Shown one piece after another: positions 12,952 to 25,399 of a stretch of 64,000 nucleotides of DNA. The notes below the pieces were generated by a model that was given only the letters and a program-made list of their open reading frames with translations, was not told where the DNA came from and did not search any database. Both the position numbers and the translations under genes were made by a program. Numbering within the stretch: position 1 is the stretch's first letter; each line of letters begins with the position of its first letter. This stretch comes from Octopus vulgaris (lineage: Eukaryota). The stretch is from positions 48,236,001 to 48,300,000 of the forward strand of contig OX597825.1 in the NCBI GenBank assembly GCA_951406725.2, given 5' to 3'.

Positions 12952-14262
12952 TTAGGGAATAAATCCAAATTTACAAGGAAAAATCAGATTTAAGATTGAA
13001 TCCAATTTTATAATAAAATATTATATTATAATAAATTAGAGACAAAACCACTATTATGCAAATCAAACAAAGAAAGACTTAAGCCAATACATAAAATATA
13101 AAATAATTTATATAAATTAAAATTTAACAAATGAATAACCACTACGATCGTTTCGTGTCAGCACATCTTAGACATTCTTCAGGTGGTTTCTAAACCTAAA
13201 ATATAAAATATAATCAATATTTTTACGATATAAATATCTATATAATCTAAATAAACTCTATTATTAAATATGATTATATCGAAATCGACTATAATGTTAA
13301 ATATTAACTTTAATTTATAAGGTAGAAAAACCATATGCTAATATCCATTTTAGTCTATATCTACTTATATAGATATTTGAAATAACTAATATATATAAAT
13401 TATCAATGAAAATATATATAAAAAAATATTATAATCAAGATCTAAAATAGACTCTATAAACGATTGTATGTAATGAAAACCTAATATATTTAATTTCTCA
13501 TATTTAAAGATGAAATAGCTAATTTCAAAAAACAAAATATATATATACACACAAGCTCATGCACCTATATACATGTATGTATATAAACACATCCAAATAC
13601 GCACACAAACTCACACACACACATATATATCTACACACACACATATACATCTACACACACACATAAACATATAGACAGAGATATATCCATAATGCAGCCC
13701 TACACCTCTACACATCACCTATTCATACTCACACACACACACATACAATCACTCATTCATAAACATATACTCTCAACAGGACACTAACACAGAGGAGAAA
13801 TAACATCCAGTATCCGCAGATACTCAACCACATACTTATAGAAATATTTCATTCTTAGTTAAATAGTATTAAATACTATATACTATATATATGTAATAAA
13901 CATATATAAATACGTAAACAAACACACACACACATATATATCTATACATACACAAATTTAGTAAAATAGTATTAAATACTATATACTATATGTATATAAC
14001 ATATATAAACACGTAAACAAACACACACACACACACACACATATCTATACATACACAAACACATACAGACACGGACATGTTATAAATTCAGCCATATACC
14101 TCTACACATCAATTATGCACACCCGCACACACACACATACAATCACTCATACAAAAACGTATGTACACTGCACTACACTAACACATAGAAGAAATAACAT
14201 CAATAGCCACATATACACAACCACAAACTTATAAGAAATAATAGTGGTTTTGTCTCTAATTT

Positions 14263-14314
<52 letters not shown>

Positions 14315-14333
14315 GTGGTTTTGTCTCTAATTT

Positions 14334-14381
<48 letters not shown>

Positions 14382-14459
14382 TGTGTATTTTATTTAATTT
14401 TAAAGTATTTAATTATTGAAGTATTATTTTATTTTTCACTTATGTATATTTAGAATTTT

Positions 14460-14509
<50 letters not shown>

Positions 14510-14880
14510 AGTATATTAATTAATTAATTATTTTATTGTTCTATTTTATTTTTAACCTGATGAGTGACTATATTTATATGCAAGTGGTTTCTCTACTACT
14601 ATAATCATTTTTAAATATAGCAGCAAAGTATGTGTCATTTTTCTACCTATTATACATATTATATTATTTTTGTAATTTACTTAATCTTTACTTTTTATTG
14701 TTATTTTAATTTTAACTTTTCTATTACATGTAATTTTCTAGATGGTGTAATTTAATTATTCATGGTGTTTTTTTTTAATATTTTATATATATATTATATT
14801 GTGTGGAATTTGATTTAGTATTTCTAAATTGAATTCTTTTTCCTTGTAAGTTTCGATTTTATTCCCTCAAATAATAATTA
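12950..14880 (-). mobile_element. Non-coding Penelope-like remnant with an HHR and inverted terminal segments, in (TA)n
   Basis: HHR at 13137-13188. 13024-13057 recurs inverted at ~14239-14272 and ~14310-14343, and 14790-14880 is a diverged inversion of 12950-13030. Internal imperfect direct repeat (13660-13850 vs 14050-14240). Confidence 0.55.
13137..13188 (-). ncRNA. Type I hammerhead ribozyme (family A)
   Basis: Minus strand: AACCAC CUGAAGA AUGUC..GACAC GAAA CGAUCG UA GUGGUU. 6-bp helix I, palindromic helix III, GUA cleavage triplet. Confidence 0.8.
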
Positions 14881-14930
14881 TATATATGTGGTAAAGTAAA
14901 TTTTTTTGCTGAACCCTAATTATATAAAGT

Positions 14931-14987
<57 letters not shown>

Positions 14988-15356
14988 ATTTTGCATATAT
15001 GTTTTTTTCACCTGCTTACTTTTTATCGAATCGTAACTTTTCCTCCGACTTTGGCCTTGGTTATATATATGAGATGTCCTTGGTTATATACATATGAGAT
15101 GTAAGTCTGGTGTAGGTTTAGAGAGGGGTGTGAATAGAAAACTGTAATATATATATATATATTCTGTGACCGTCGTTGGCCAGCTAGAGATGCCTTCCTG
15201 GGGCTATAAACGCCAGTGGCACTGTCCTGTGTAAGATGCCACACTTGGTTGGCCCAAATATGTTATTGCTACTTTGTATGTGCAACCGTAGCAATAATCA
15301 TATTTACATGATTCCGTATTGCTACTGTTTGCATCTCGCTCAGAGATTTAATATAG

Positions 15357-15412
<56 letters not shown>

Positions 15413-15424
15413 TATATGCATATA

Positions 15425-16001
15425 TATAAGGACCCCAAATTAAAGGAAATTCTAAACACACACCAAATCATTAAAAGCTACAAACAACCTAAATCACTTA
15501 AAAAGATTCTCACAAAGGCAAAATTGTTTTCTGAAATTACGGATGCAAAAGTAAAAAAATGTGGTAGACCGAACTGTGCAACATGTCCAAACCTACTAGA
15601 AGGATCAGAATTCCTCTTCAAAGAGGGACAGAAATTCAAGATCAAATCTAATTTTACTTGTGCCTCTGAAAACATAATTTATGTCATAAAATGCTCGGGC
15701 TGCCACCAACTACGTGGGGTCCATGGGACTATCATTCAGACGTAGATGCACACTGCATCGACAACAGATTGCATTCCCAGAATACAGAATGATACCCTTT
15801 AGTGAGCACATTGAGAAATGCGCAAAGCAACTACTATCACAATTTTTAATCTTTCCATTTGACCAATGTGCTATCGGAACACCAACACAAATTAGACTAA
15901 ACAAGGAAACATTCTTCATTGAAAAATACAAGCCCAAACTTAACCATTCCAACATTCTTATACAGAGAAACTCACTCCAAAAGAAAAGCAAGAAATATTA
16001 A
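15425..16001 (+). pseudogene. Penelope-like element C-terminus: Cys-rich linker and GIY-YIG endonuclease (Neptune-type), frameshifted
   Basis: KCGRPNCATCP..FTCASENIIYVIKCSGCHQ / YVGSMGLSFRRRCTLHRQQI..FSEHIEKC. The 5' end is truncated in (TA)n. Confidence 0.8.
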
Positions 16002-16174
16002 GCGATTATTTCCCTTACACCGGAAGAAATCACTTATTACCTCCCCTTATCTGGAACTCACTTTCACTCTCCTTCACACTTCTCAACGTAAACATAACGA
16101 TGTAAGAAATTTGAAAAGCTGAACGTGAAACCGGTCTTTCTTCAAAAACTATGTCATTGTATGAAAACAATTTA

Positions 16175-16260
16175 TAACATTCTTCAGACATAATGACTCA
16201 AATATATATTTTTTAACCTTCTAAAACAAGCCTTCTGTAGTTTTTTCACTTTTTACTATT

Positions 16261-16326
<66 letters not shown>

Positions 16327-16328
16327 AT

Positions 16329-16384
<56 letters not shown>

Positions 16385-16464
16385 GTAAAAAGTGAAAAAA
16401 CTACAGAAGGCTTGTTTTAGAAAGTTAAAAAATATATATTTGAGTCATTATGTCTGAAGAATGT

Positions 16465-16466
<2 letters not shown>
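16175..16466. repeat. 86-bp inverted repeat flanking a (TA)n tract at the PLE end
   Basis: 16175-16260 is the reverse complement of 16381-16466 with one mismatch. Confidence 0.9.
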
Positions 16467-16499
<33 letters not shown>

Positions 16500-16502
<3 letters not shown>

Positions 16503-17670
16503 TGAAGTTAATCCAAACAAGAAAACACAAAAAAACAAAAAAAACACAACAACGCTAGGACGTGGAACAAATAAAGTATTATTGGACGCTCAGGAAAGAA
16601 GGGAAGAAGGAGGGTTTAACGTTTCGAGCGGAGCTCTTCGTCGGAAACATAGAAGAAGGAAAGATCCCGAGAAGGGAAGACAGAGGAAAAAATCGCCAGT
16701 GGTACTCACGAGGTCACGTATTGAAAGACCGGAAGTAGAAAGGTGGAAGAATAATGTTTTTTAAAGACAGGAGAGTTTTCAAAGACAGTATGGTAAAGAC
16801 AGGGAAAGTGGGAGGGGGAATGTGTGTGGATGTGTGCGTGCGCGGAGGTCTGCGTGTGCGCGTGTGTGTGTATGTGTGCAATGATGAACGTGTGTGTGTG
16901 CGTGCGTGTGTGTGTGTATGTGTGTATGGCGAACAACTGGCTAGTAGCTGGCCAGTATGTAAGAATAAGGAGTGGTGTTTTTTGTGTCCAGCCACAGGTC
17001 AAAAACAAAGAGGTATGTGTGTGTGCGTGTATGTATATGTATCGTGTGTGTGTTTTGTTTGTAGTGTGTGTGTATGTGTGTGTGTGTGTTCGTGTGTGTA
17101 TGCGTAGAGTTTGGGTGTGTGGCCAGTAACTGTGCTTAACTTAGTGTATGTGTGCGTGTGTGCTTGTACGTGCGTGTGTGTATATATATATGTATGTATA
17201 ATTGTGTGCCGTGTGTATGGGACGTATGTGTGGGTTCATTTGTGTGTGTGTATGTATGTGCGTGTAGTTGTATGTGTGTGTGTGTAAGCGTATATGGATG
17301 TATATGCGTGTATCCGTGGGGTTGTGAGTTTTGGGTGTGTGCGTGCGTATGTGTGAGCATGTTTTTGTGTGCGTATGTGTGTGTCTGTGCTTATATGTGT
17401 GTACGTATGTGTATGTGTACGTGCGCGTGTAGGTATATATTGTGTGTATGTATGTGTCGGTGTGTATGTGAATTTGTGTGTGTTTGTACGTGTGTATATA
17501 TGTGTGCGTGTATTGTATATATATGTAAATGTGTGTGTGTGTGTGTGTGTGTACGTGTGTGTGTACGTGCGTGCGAGTGAATGTATGTATATATGTGCGT
17601 GTGTGTACAAATGTAGAGGTTTATATGTGTGTTTATATGTGTGTATATGTATGTATGCAAGCACACACTT
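16500..17670 (-). mobile_element. PLE family B terminal region with a long TG-rich low-complexity tract
   Basis: 16500-16700 is homologous to 42630-42835 and, inverted, to ~38000-38182. It is followed by the same kind of TG/CA-rich tract seen at 35180-37900. Confidence 0.7.
16614..16648 (-). ncRNA. Minimal hammerhead-like motif (family B, U4C variant)
   Basis: Minus strand: GUUU CCGACGA A GAGC UCC GCUC GAAA CG UU AAAC. Helix I GUUU/AAAC, helix III ACGU. Confidence 0.65.
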
Positions 17671-17729
17671 TATAATTGAAAGATTGATGGAAAAAAAATT
17701 GGTGTGGGTTTATGTGATATATGTATACA

Positions 17730-17763
<34 letters not shown>

Positions 17764-17807
17764 ATCGTCACTTTTCCTCCGATTTCGACCTTGGTTTTAT
17801 TTCTTAA

Positions 17808-17838
<31 letters not shown>

Positions 17839-17880
17839 TGTATGTATGTATGTATGTATGTATGTATGTATGTATGTATG

Positions 17881-17923
<43 letters not shown>

Positions 17924-18792
17924 ACATACATACATACATATATATCACCTTTTACACAGTTTTCTATTCACGCCACTTTCTAAACCTACACCAGACTTAT
18001 ATTTCGCTTTTATGCAACTCCATCATCCCTTGATAACCAGCTGGCCCCCACAATGCTCACACACCTTCCTCTATATCATCTCCCTACACTGTTACCCTCC
18101 TAGACATGCAGACTGCTTCCTCTCTTCCTAATTCCTCCACATACAACCGTATTCCAGCCTGGCCACTAAACATTTTTCCGTCTCTCTTTTTTTTTGCTTC
18201 TGTTTCCTTCCTTTTCGCAACCTTCACTCCGCCTTTGAATTTCTGATGAAGAACCAACGTCCGAAATGAAAAAGTCACTTTCTGTTTCGCTTCAAGTATT
18301 TCATAAATAAATTAATAGTATCTTTGTGAAAACTTGTTTCCCTTGTGTTTTTCTTGTTTTTACTCATTCATCATTATATATATAAGCATCTCACGTGACC
18401 AACTTTCTTTCCTGCACGGACCTTCTGAGGACTAGAGATATTCAATTTCTCTCTTCTATCTTTACTCTTTTCACTATTTCCCCCCTCGTTCAGGTCGAAC
18501 AACCATCCATGTTTGTTTTCGTTCGGTTTCTCTGTATGTCTATAATGTCCAGTATTTGTTCCTAACTTTGACTCTCCATAAATCTAAAATTTTATTTTGG
18601 TAGTCATGGGAACAACTGTCTTCAAAGACTCATATTGTCGTTGATTGTTCGAAATGGGGAGTAGATAGACATCTGACAACTGATGAAGGGTCGTCTTACT
18701 TGTCTTGTTTTCCATTTTTTCTCTCGCTATTTGCGTATTTAACTCTTATTTTCGTATTTCATGTTGTTTACTGTTTGTCACGTCTTGTACCC

Positions 18793-18827
<35 letters not shown>

Positions 18828-18923
18828 TGTAAACAGATATGTATTTATCTGTTTACAGATAAATTCCTCTATTTACATAATATCGAGATCTCTTTCTTTC
18901 TTTTGTTGTCTCACCATTTTTAT

Positions 18924-18963
<40 letters not shown>

Positions 18964-19786
18964 CGTGTATGTGTGTGTGTGTGTTTGTACTCTCATCATC
19001 GCTTGACAACGGACATTGCTGTGTTTACGTCCCTGTAATGTAGCCGTTTCGATAACACACTCCGATATAATAAATACTAGGCTTGCAAAGTATAAAGCCT
19101 GCGCTTTCTCCGACGTAATTCTACTATAATTTTAAGTAGAATTGATTTGTCATCGACTATTGCAGTGCTAGATTCCAGTGACATTCCTAATTAAATTTCT
19201 TGTAAGAAATAGAAGACATTACGAATGAAAAGTTCCAACTGTCGCCTAAATCTGTGGCACATTGCGGAGGAAATTTAAATATTGTGACGCACTAAACACA
19301 TCATGTTTACATGTACATATTCCTTCTCATAAATATAAATAATTAAAACAGAAGTAAATATAATAACTGCTAATTAATTAGTATGCAGTAAACACCCTCT
19401 CACCTCTCTCCTTGTTTTAGTTTGATGACAATACTTACATTTATATTTCCAATTATATTTTGAATTCCAGTTTACATTTTTCACATGTTTTTAAAAATAC
19501 AATTTTATTATCTTAGTATTTATCTGCTGGCCTTGTGCCTTAATAAAAAATCATTATTTTCGAGACGCATTAAGCAACTTTTAGGCAGTACAGTGATTAG
19601 GAATCGTTAGTCTAAACCAATCAAAATGGCTCATAAGATTATTTTAAATTTAAAAATACCAAGTCTCCTATTTACTTAATCTGTTTTAGCTTTAAAAACA
19701 AGTAGAGATAAAGTTACCTTGAAAATCTGTTTCTGTATTTTAATAACTACTTGTTGAATTCTGTTTGTTTGATAAACTATTATCGG

Positions 19787-19787
<1 letters not shown>

Positions 19788-19845
<58 letters not shown>
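19788..19845. repeat. (ATT)n microsatellite
   Basis: Read directly from the sequence. Confidence 0.95.
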
Positions 19846-19846
<1 letters not shown>

Positions 19847-19969
19847 CAAGAAATGCTTTATCAACATTGTGCTATCTCTGACGTAATACTTTGATAAGTT
19901 AACCTTCACCGATTTTCACCAGTGTTAGGGTTGGGACATAAATGATGACGATACTAAGAAATATTACAT

Positions 19970-20470
19970 TTATCAAAGGTGGTGGATTGTTTACCTCCAG
20001 CAGAGATACGAACAAAAAAATCTTGTAGTTATTTATGTCCCTTCGTGCTCTGAGTTCAAATCCCATTGTAGGTCATCTTTGCTTTTCACTCTTCGGGGGT
20101 CGATGTGAACGACTTACCTTCCCCTTAAAATTAGTCATGTGCCTAAATTAGAAACATAAGGTGGTGGACTGGTCGAATTATTGGAACAGCGAATGTAATA
20201 TTTTGCGATATTTGTTTAGGCTCATTACTTCCTGAGTTCAAATCTTACCGAGGTTAACTTTGCCTTTCATTCCATAGAATAGGTAATCAGCGAAATATTG
20301 CGGTCAATGACATGGACTAAACCTCCTCCCAACAAAATTACTCACCTTGTACTTATTTAAAATGCAATTGTTGTGGCTGTTTACGTTGGTTAAATTAGTC
20401 TTTAATCCTTTTGGGTGTTGATAAAATAAAATGCCAATCAAATATATGGATCGATGATATCGACTTATCT
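19970..20470 (+). mobile_element. Tandem degenerate SINE copies (family 2)
   Basis: Repeated tgagttcaaatc (B box-like) and ttgcctttcatcc..ggggtcgat cores. Confidence 0.55.
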
Positions 20471-20476
20471 TTTCCC

Positions 20477-20900
20477 CTTTAGTTACCGACTTCCATATAT
20501 ACTTTTAGTTACCATCTTCAAGGATCTTGAATCAAGTTGATATATATATTTAGTCACCGGCTTCTATAGATATAGCCACTGACATATCTATATATCTTTA
20601 GTTACCGACTTCTATATGATATATATGTCTTTAGTCACTGACTTCTAAATGGTGTATATCTTTAGTCATCGACTTCTATATCATATACATCTTTAGCCAC
20701 CGAATTCTATATTATGTATATCTTTAGTCACCGACATCTATATCATATATATCTTTAGTCACCGACTTCTGTATGGTATATATCTTTAGTCACTGACTTC
20801 TATATGCTATATACCTTTAGTTGCCGACTTCTATATGATATATACCTTTAAATAATAACTGCTATATGAGATATATCTTCAGCCAACAGCTTTAAAATGA
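20477..20900. repeat. Minisatellite, ~31-bp unit, about 12 copies
   Basis: Unit atctttagtcaccgacttctatatcatatat, with variants. Confidence 0.9.
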
Positions 20901-20979
20901 TTTATATTTATATATATTTCGTTTTGGGATTTGATTTGCAGGATTCCTTATGTGAGTTCGTGTGTTGAAGCATATTCTG

Positions 20980-21150
20980 TTGTATCGGGAGAGTCATTCT
21001 CTTTTAGTGCCTTATTATTCAACACACTCACGGACAGAGTCAAAGGTTGCAAGGCACAACGAAAATTTTAGAAAAATAAATGAGTGGAAACTTCACCAGT
21101 GACTGTGTTATTTAATAAGGCATTAAAAGAGAATGACTCTCCCCAGACAC
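20980..21150. repeat. Imperfect ~50-bp inverted repeat element next to (TA)n
   Basis: gggagagtcattctcttttagtgccttatta ... taataaggcattaaaagagaatgactctccc. Confidence 0.8.
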
Positions 21151-21151
21151 G

Positions 21152-21291
<140 letters not shown>

Positions 21292-21469
21292 TAAGTAATT
21301 AAGGGTTTAGCAACGATTTGCCTCACCACACACCGAGTTTAGAAATAGCAGTCAAAGAGTTATAGCTATTCTTTCTACTAAAAGGGAGATCTCAGTAAAA
21401 CCACAGCACTTAGAAGGCAAACGCAGGCAAGAGAGAAAGAAATGACGACAATCACTCAATATTAAGTCA

Positions 21470-21559
21470 CCTACGGACGTACGTTTCGAAATTAAGTTTT
21501 AGGAAAGCATAAGAATTAGATAATTATGTCTTACCAAACTTTTTTTCTCATCAGCGCAG
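21470..21559 (-). ncRNA. Type I hammerhead ribozyme (family C, left arm)
   Basis: Mirror copy of 21566-21652. Confidence 0.8.
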
Positions 21560-21565
21560 ACACGT

Positions 21566-21652
21566 CCTGCGCTGATGAGAAAAAGTTGGGTAAGACAATT
21601 ATCTAATTCTTATGCTTTCCTAAAACTTAATTTCGAAACGTACGTCCGTAGG
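21566..21652 (+). ncRNA. Type I hammerhead ribozyme (family C, right arm)
   Basis: CCUGCG CUGAUGA GAAA..long stem II..UUUC GAAA CGUACG UC CGUAGG. Predicted GUC cleavage after 21646. Confidence 0.85.
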
Positions 21653-21928
21653 TGACTTAATATTGAGTGATTGTCGTCATTTCTTTCTCTTTGCCTGCGT
21701 TTGCCTTCTAAGTGCTGTGGTTTTACTGAGATCTCCCTTTTAGTAGAAAGAATAGCTATAACTCTTTGACTGCTATTTCTAAACTCGGTGTGTGGTGAGG
21801 CAAATCGTTGCTAAACCCTTAATTACTTAGTATTACTTAAACTTTCCTCGAATGGGGCTTTTACATGCCGAAATCTACTTGGTGAAATTAATGATTATTC
21901 CAAATTAATTAATTTCACCCTATATTAT

Positions 21929-22008
<80 letters not shown>

Positions 22009-22174
22009 ATAAAAGAAATAAAATATATGCATATATATAAACATATATGTACATACCTACCTCTACATGTACATATACACGCATATATGAGTACAGGACA
22101 CCAAATGGACGTCGAACACATAGAGAAACGAAAACATAGACACAAACCAAGGGATATATATATATATATATATG

Positions 22175-22207
<33 letters not shown>

Positions 22208-22208
<1 letters not shown>

Positions 22209-22504
22209 GAGGCGCAATGGCCCAGTGGTTAGGGCAGCGGACTCGCGGTTGTAGGATCGCGGTTTCGATTCCCAGACCGGGCGTTGTGAGTGTTTATTGA
22301 GCGAAAACACGCGGCTCCGGCAGGGGGTGGTGGCGATCCCTTCTGTACTCTTCCGCCACAACTTTCTCTCACTCTTTCTTCTGTTGGCCTGCTCGCTTAG
22401 CCACCGGGGTGGCGTCATTTAAAGGCTAAAACAATGCGAAGCGCATTGTAACCAGCGATGTGTAGTAACATCTGATAGCCTGGTCGGTCACGGCCATCAC
22501 GGTG

Positions 22505-22506
<2 letters not shown>
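22208..22506 (+). mobile_element. tRNA-derived SINE (family 3)
   Basis: A box TGGCCCAGTGG and B box GGTTTCGATTCC, followed by a non-tRNA body; flanked by microsatellites. Confidence 0.8.
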
Positions 22507-22562
<56 letters not shown>

Positions 22563-23084
22563 TTAGTCAATCCAGATATTGATCATGGTTTCTGTTCATT
22601 AATGCTCCAGCTCCCCTCTTTAAATTACCACTATATTGCCATTTCCAAGAATGCCAATCGTAAGACATCTCAGTCTTTAACTTAGATATTTGTCGCTCAA
22701 ATTGGCCATGGAATGATTTTCTAACAATTCTCTTTTATCTTTAAACCCTTCCCGCCTCCCCACTTTTTTCTAGATCCACTTCTGCTGAACGAAATTGTAA
22801 AAAAGATTCATTGCAAATTACCTGCCACTAATTAATGACCCGCCTCTCATTTCAACACATCCTGTCACGCTTATCAGCCATCTTGCTTCCTCTGTGTACA
22901 GTAATCATTTTTCTTATACTGTGGGCCACCACATCAACCTTGACGACCTCAATACCGGACTCTATCACAGATACGACCAAAGTTTTGACAGAAAGAAGCT
23001 TTAAACCTCGGCAAAGAAGTTAATTTTTTTTACATTGGCTTTTATTATATCATATATATAATCGAGATGCATTGTAATAATCCT

Positions 23085-24310
23085 TTCTACTGGAAACACA
23101 AGGTGTCAGATTTGGGGAAAGGGATTAAGTCGATTACATCGACCCCAGTGCATAACTGGTACTTATTTAATCGACCCCGAAAGGATGAAAGGCAAAGTCG
23201 ATCTCGACAGAAATTGAAGTCAGAACGTAGAATTTGATCTCAAAACTCAGACGGGCGAAACACCACTAAGCATTTCGTGGAAAGACTTCCACCCGTCCCC
23301 CCACCCACATTTTCTCCCAAATTTGTTTATTTAAAAAAAATTTTTGGCCAAAAATCCCCATTTTCGGATACGGAGGTTCCGGAAAGTTGCCAAAAATCGG
23401 CATTGTGAAATTTTCACCCCCTCCCCCATTCTTCGATTTTGACTTTTCCCCAGCACTAACACTAAAACCTTAACCCTAACCCTAAAACCCTAACCCTAAC
23501 CCTAAAACTCTAACCATAACCGTAACCCTAAAACCCTAACCCTAACTGTAAGTACAGAAATGTTTTGAAATTTTTGTCCGAATCATAATGTCCGTATTTT
23601 TGCGCATATTTAGAAAAAAAAACGTTCTTACAAAAAATTTTACAAAAATTGTTGGAATTTTTTTTCAGAATCATAATCTCCGTATTTTTCTGCATATTTT
23701 GAAAAAAGAAAATTCTGAAAAAAGTAAAAAATGAGGGTGGGGGTGGTAATTTAAAAATGCCGATTTTTGCCAATTTTGTTGCAGGAGGTTTGTGTCGAAA
23801 AAAAATTAAAATTTTAAGGGTGTTTTTGTGTGTGTGAGGGGAGGGGGTGACGGGTGGAAGTCTTGCCCATTACGTTCAGTGTGCTAACGAATATGCCAGC
23901 TCACCGCCTTAGTTGCCTTTCAATAACCTTTTCGACTCTAGGCACAAGGCTTGAAATTTTTCGGGAGGAGTCCAGTCGATTAGATTCACCCCAGTACGCA
24001 ACTTGTACTTCCTTTATCGACCCCGAAAGGATGAAAGGTAAAGTCGACCTCGGCGGAATTGAACTCAGAACGTAAAGTCGGACGAAATACCTATTTCTAT
24101 ACCACCCACAAGGGGCTAAACACAGAGAGGACAAACAAGGACAGACAAACAGATTAAGTCGATTATATCGACGCCAGTGCGTAACTGGTACCTATTTAAT
24201 CGACCCCGAAAAGATGAAAGGCAAAGTAGACCTCGGCGGAATTTGAACTCAGAACGTAGCGGCAGACGAAATACTGCTAAGCATTTCACCCGGCTTGCTG
24301 ACGATTCTGT
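23085..24310 (-). mobile_element. SINE family 2 cluster (multimeric), first copy split by a MITE
   Basis: Repeated cgaccccgaaaggatgaaaggcaaagtcgacctcggcggaatttgaactcagaacg. The head ...ctaagcatttcg (23277) resumes as cagtgtgctaacg..gccagctcaccgcc (23877). Confidence 0.8.
23278..23869. mobile_element. MITE with long imperfect TIRs and internal telomere-type repeats
   Basis: aagacttccacccgtc..ccc / ggg..gacgggtggaagtctt termini, a subterminal IR (23390-23430 vs 23730-23771), and a (TAACCC)n-like tract at 23455-23546. Confidence 0.75.
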
Positions 24311-25399
24311 AATGAAAAACACCACCACCACCACCACCACCACAACAACAACAACAACCATGATAGTTCCTTCTACTATCGGTATAAGGCCTGATATTAT
24401 AGGGGATGGGTTGAGTCGATTACATTGACCCCAGTGTTCAACTTATTTTACCGAAACCAAAAGAATGAAAGGATGAAACAACCAGTATTGCAAAGGTCTG
24501 GTTTTCATTTTGCTTCGGAAAAAAATAGTTAAAATAGAAGGGTAGAGGGGAAGTGAACACTTATCAAATCTAGTGGACCACTACGACGCCTAACAGCAAC
24601 AGCAACAATGACAACACAGAACAGAAATTTAATTCCACTAAAAAGTTGACTTCCCCCACTCCCCTGCATAAAAGTGACAATACCACAGACATCAACCAGC
24701 AGCGGCAACAATGCGACCATGAACACGACTATCACCAACGCCATCAACACCACCACTGCAACAGCAAGATAAAAGAAAAAAGCAAAAACAACAGTAGTCT
24801 TAGCAACATAAGCAGCAACAGTATTTCCAACAGGAATAGCAATAACAACATCAACAACATTAACAACAATATATTTGCTGCAACGGCTACCTAAGACAGT
24901 GAAATACATAGAATAGATACCCTACTAAAAGACATATGTCTGGCCCAAGCTGATCAAGCTTGAAAAATCATGGGGTAGCACAGACACCGCCCGAGCTATG
25001 AGCAAAAACGAACAAAAAACAGTAATATACAAATGGGTTTCCACTAACACAAAACGGTCGCAGACAGCTGGTCAGCCAGACGTGATGAGAGCGTTAGAAA
25101 TATTATGCCTGACATTCAGTTCTCGTGAGCCAAGCAATTTTCAGGTATTTCAGCGTTCTTCAAGATTGAATGTCTAACCGTCAAAAGACTCCTTATTTCC
25201 CTGTCAGATCGAAAAATAGGTTCTCTAGCCATCTAGAATGAGGACAACGAGTCTCAGGAATAACAACCTCCTGGAGGTGAGGCAAACCTGTCAGAAAATT
25301 GGCCTGGGATTAGTGTGGACGTGCTACTCCACATCAAACCAGGCACAATCCACAAGATCCCAAACCTCATTTGCCTTCCACGAGAGGAAGAGATGCATG

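Noticed and set aside
14557-14592. CTGATGA core-like sequence
   Set aside because: No GAAA or cleavage half follows; at best a deleted relic.
18240-18274. CTGATGA..GAAA motif
   Set aside because: Stem II is mismatched and U16.1 is missing; probably a dead HHR relic, so not counted.
20477-20900. CRISPR-like periodicity
   Set aside because: Head-to-tail units with no unique spacers, no cas genes, and a eukaryotic context.
22208-22280. Possible tRNA gene
   Set aside because: A and B boxes are present, but the acceptor stem does not close and a SINE body follows.
23455-23546. True telomere or chromosome fusion site
   Set aside because: Short, degenerate, single orientation, and enclosed in a TIR element.
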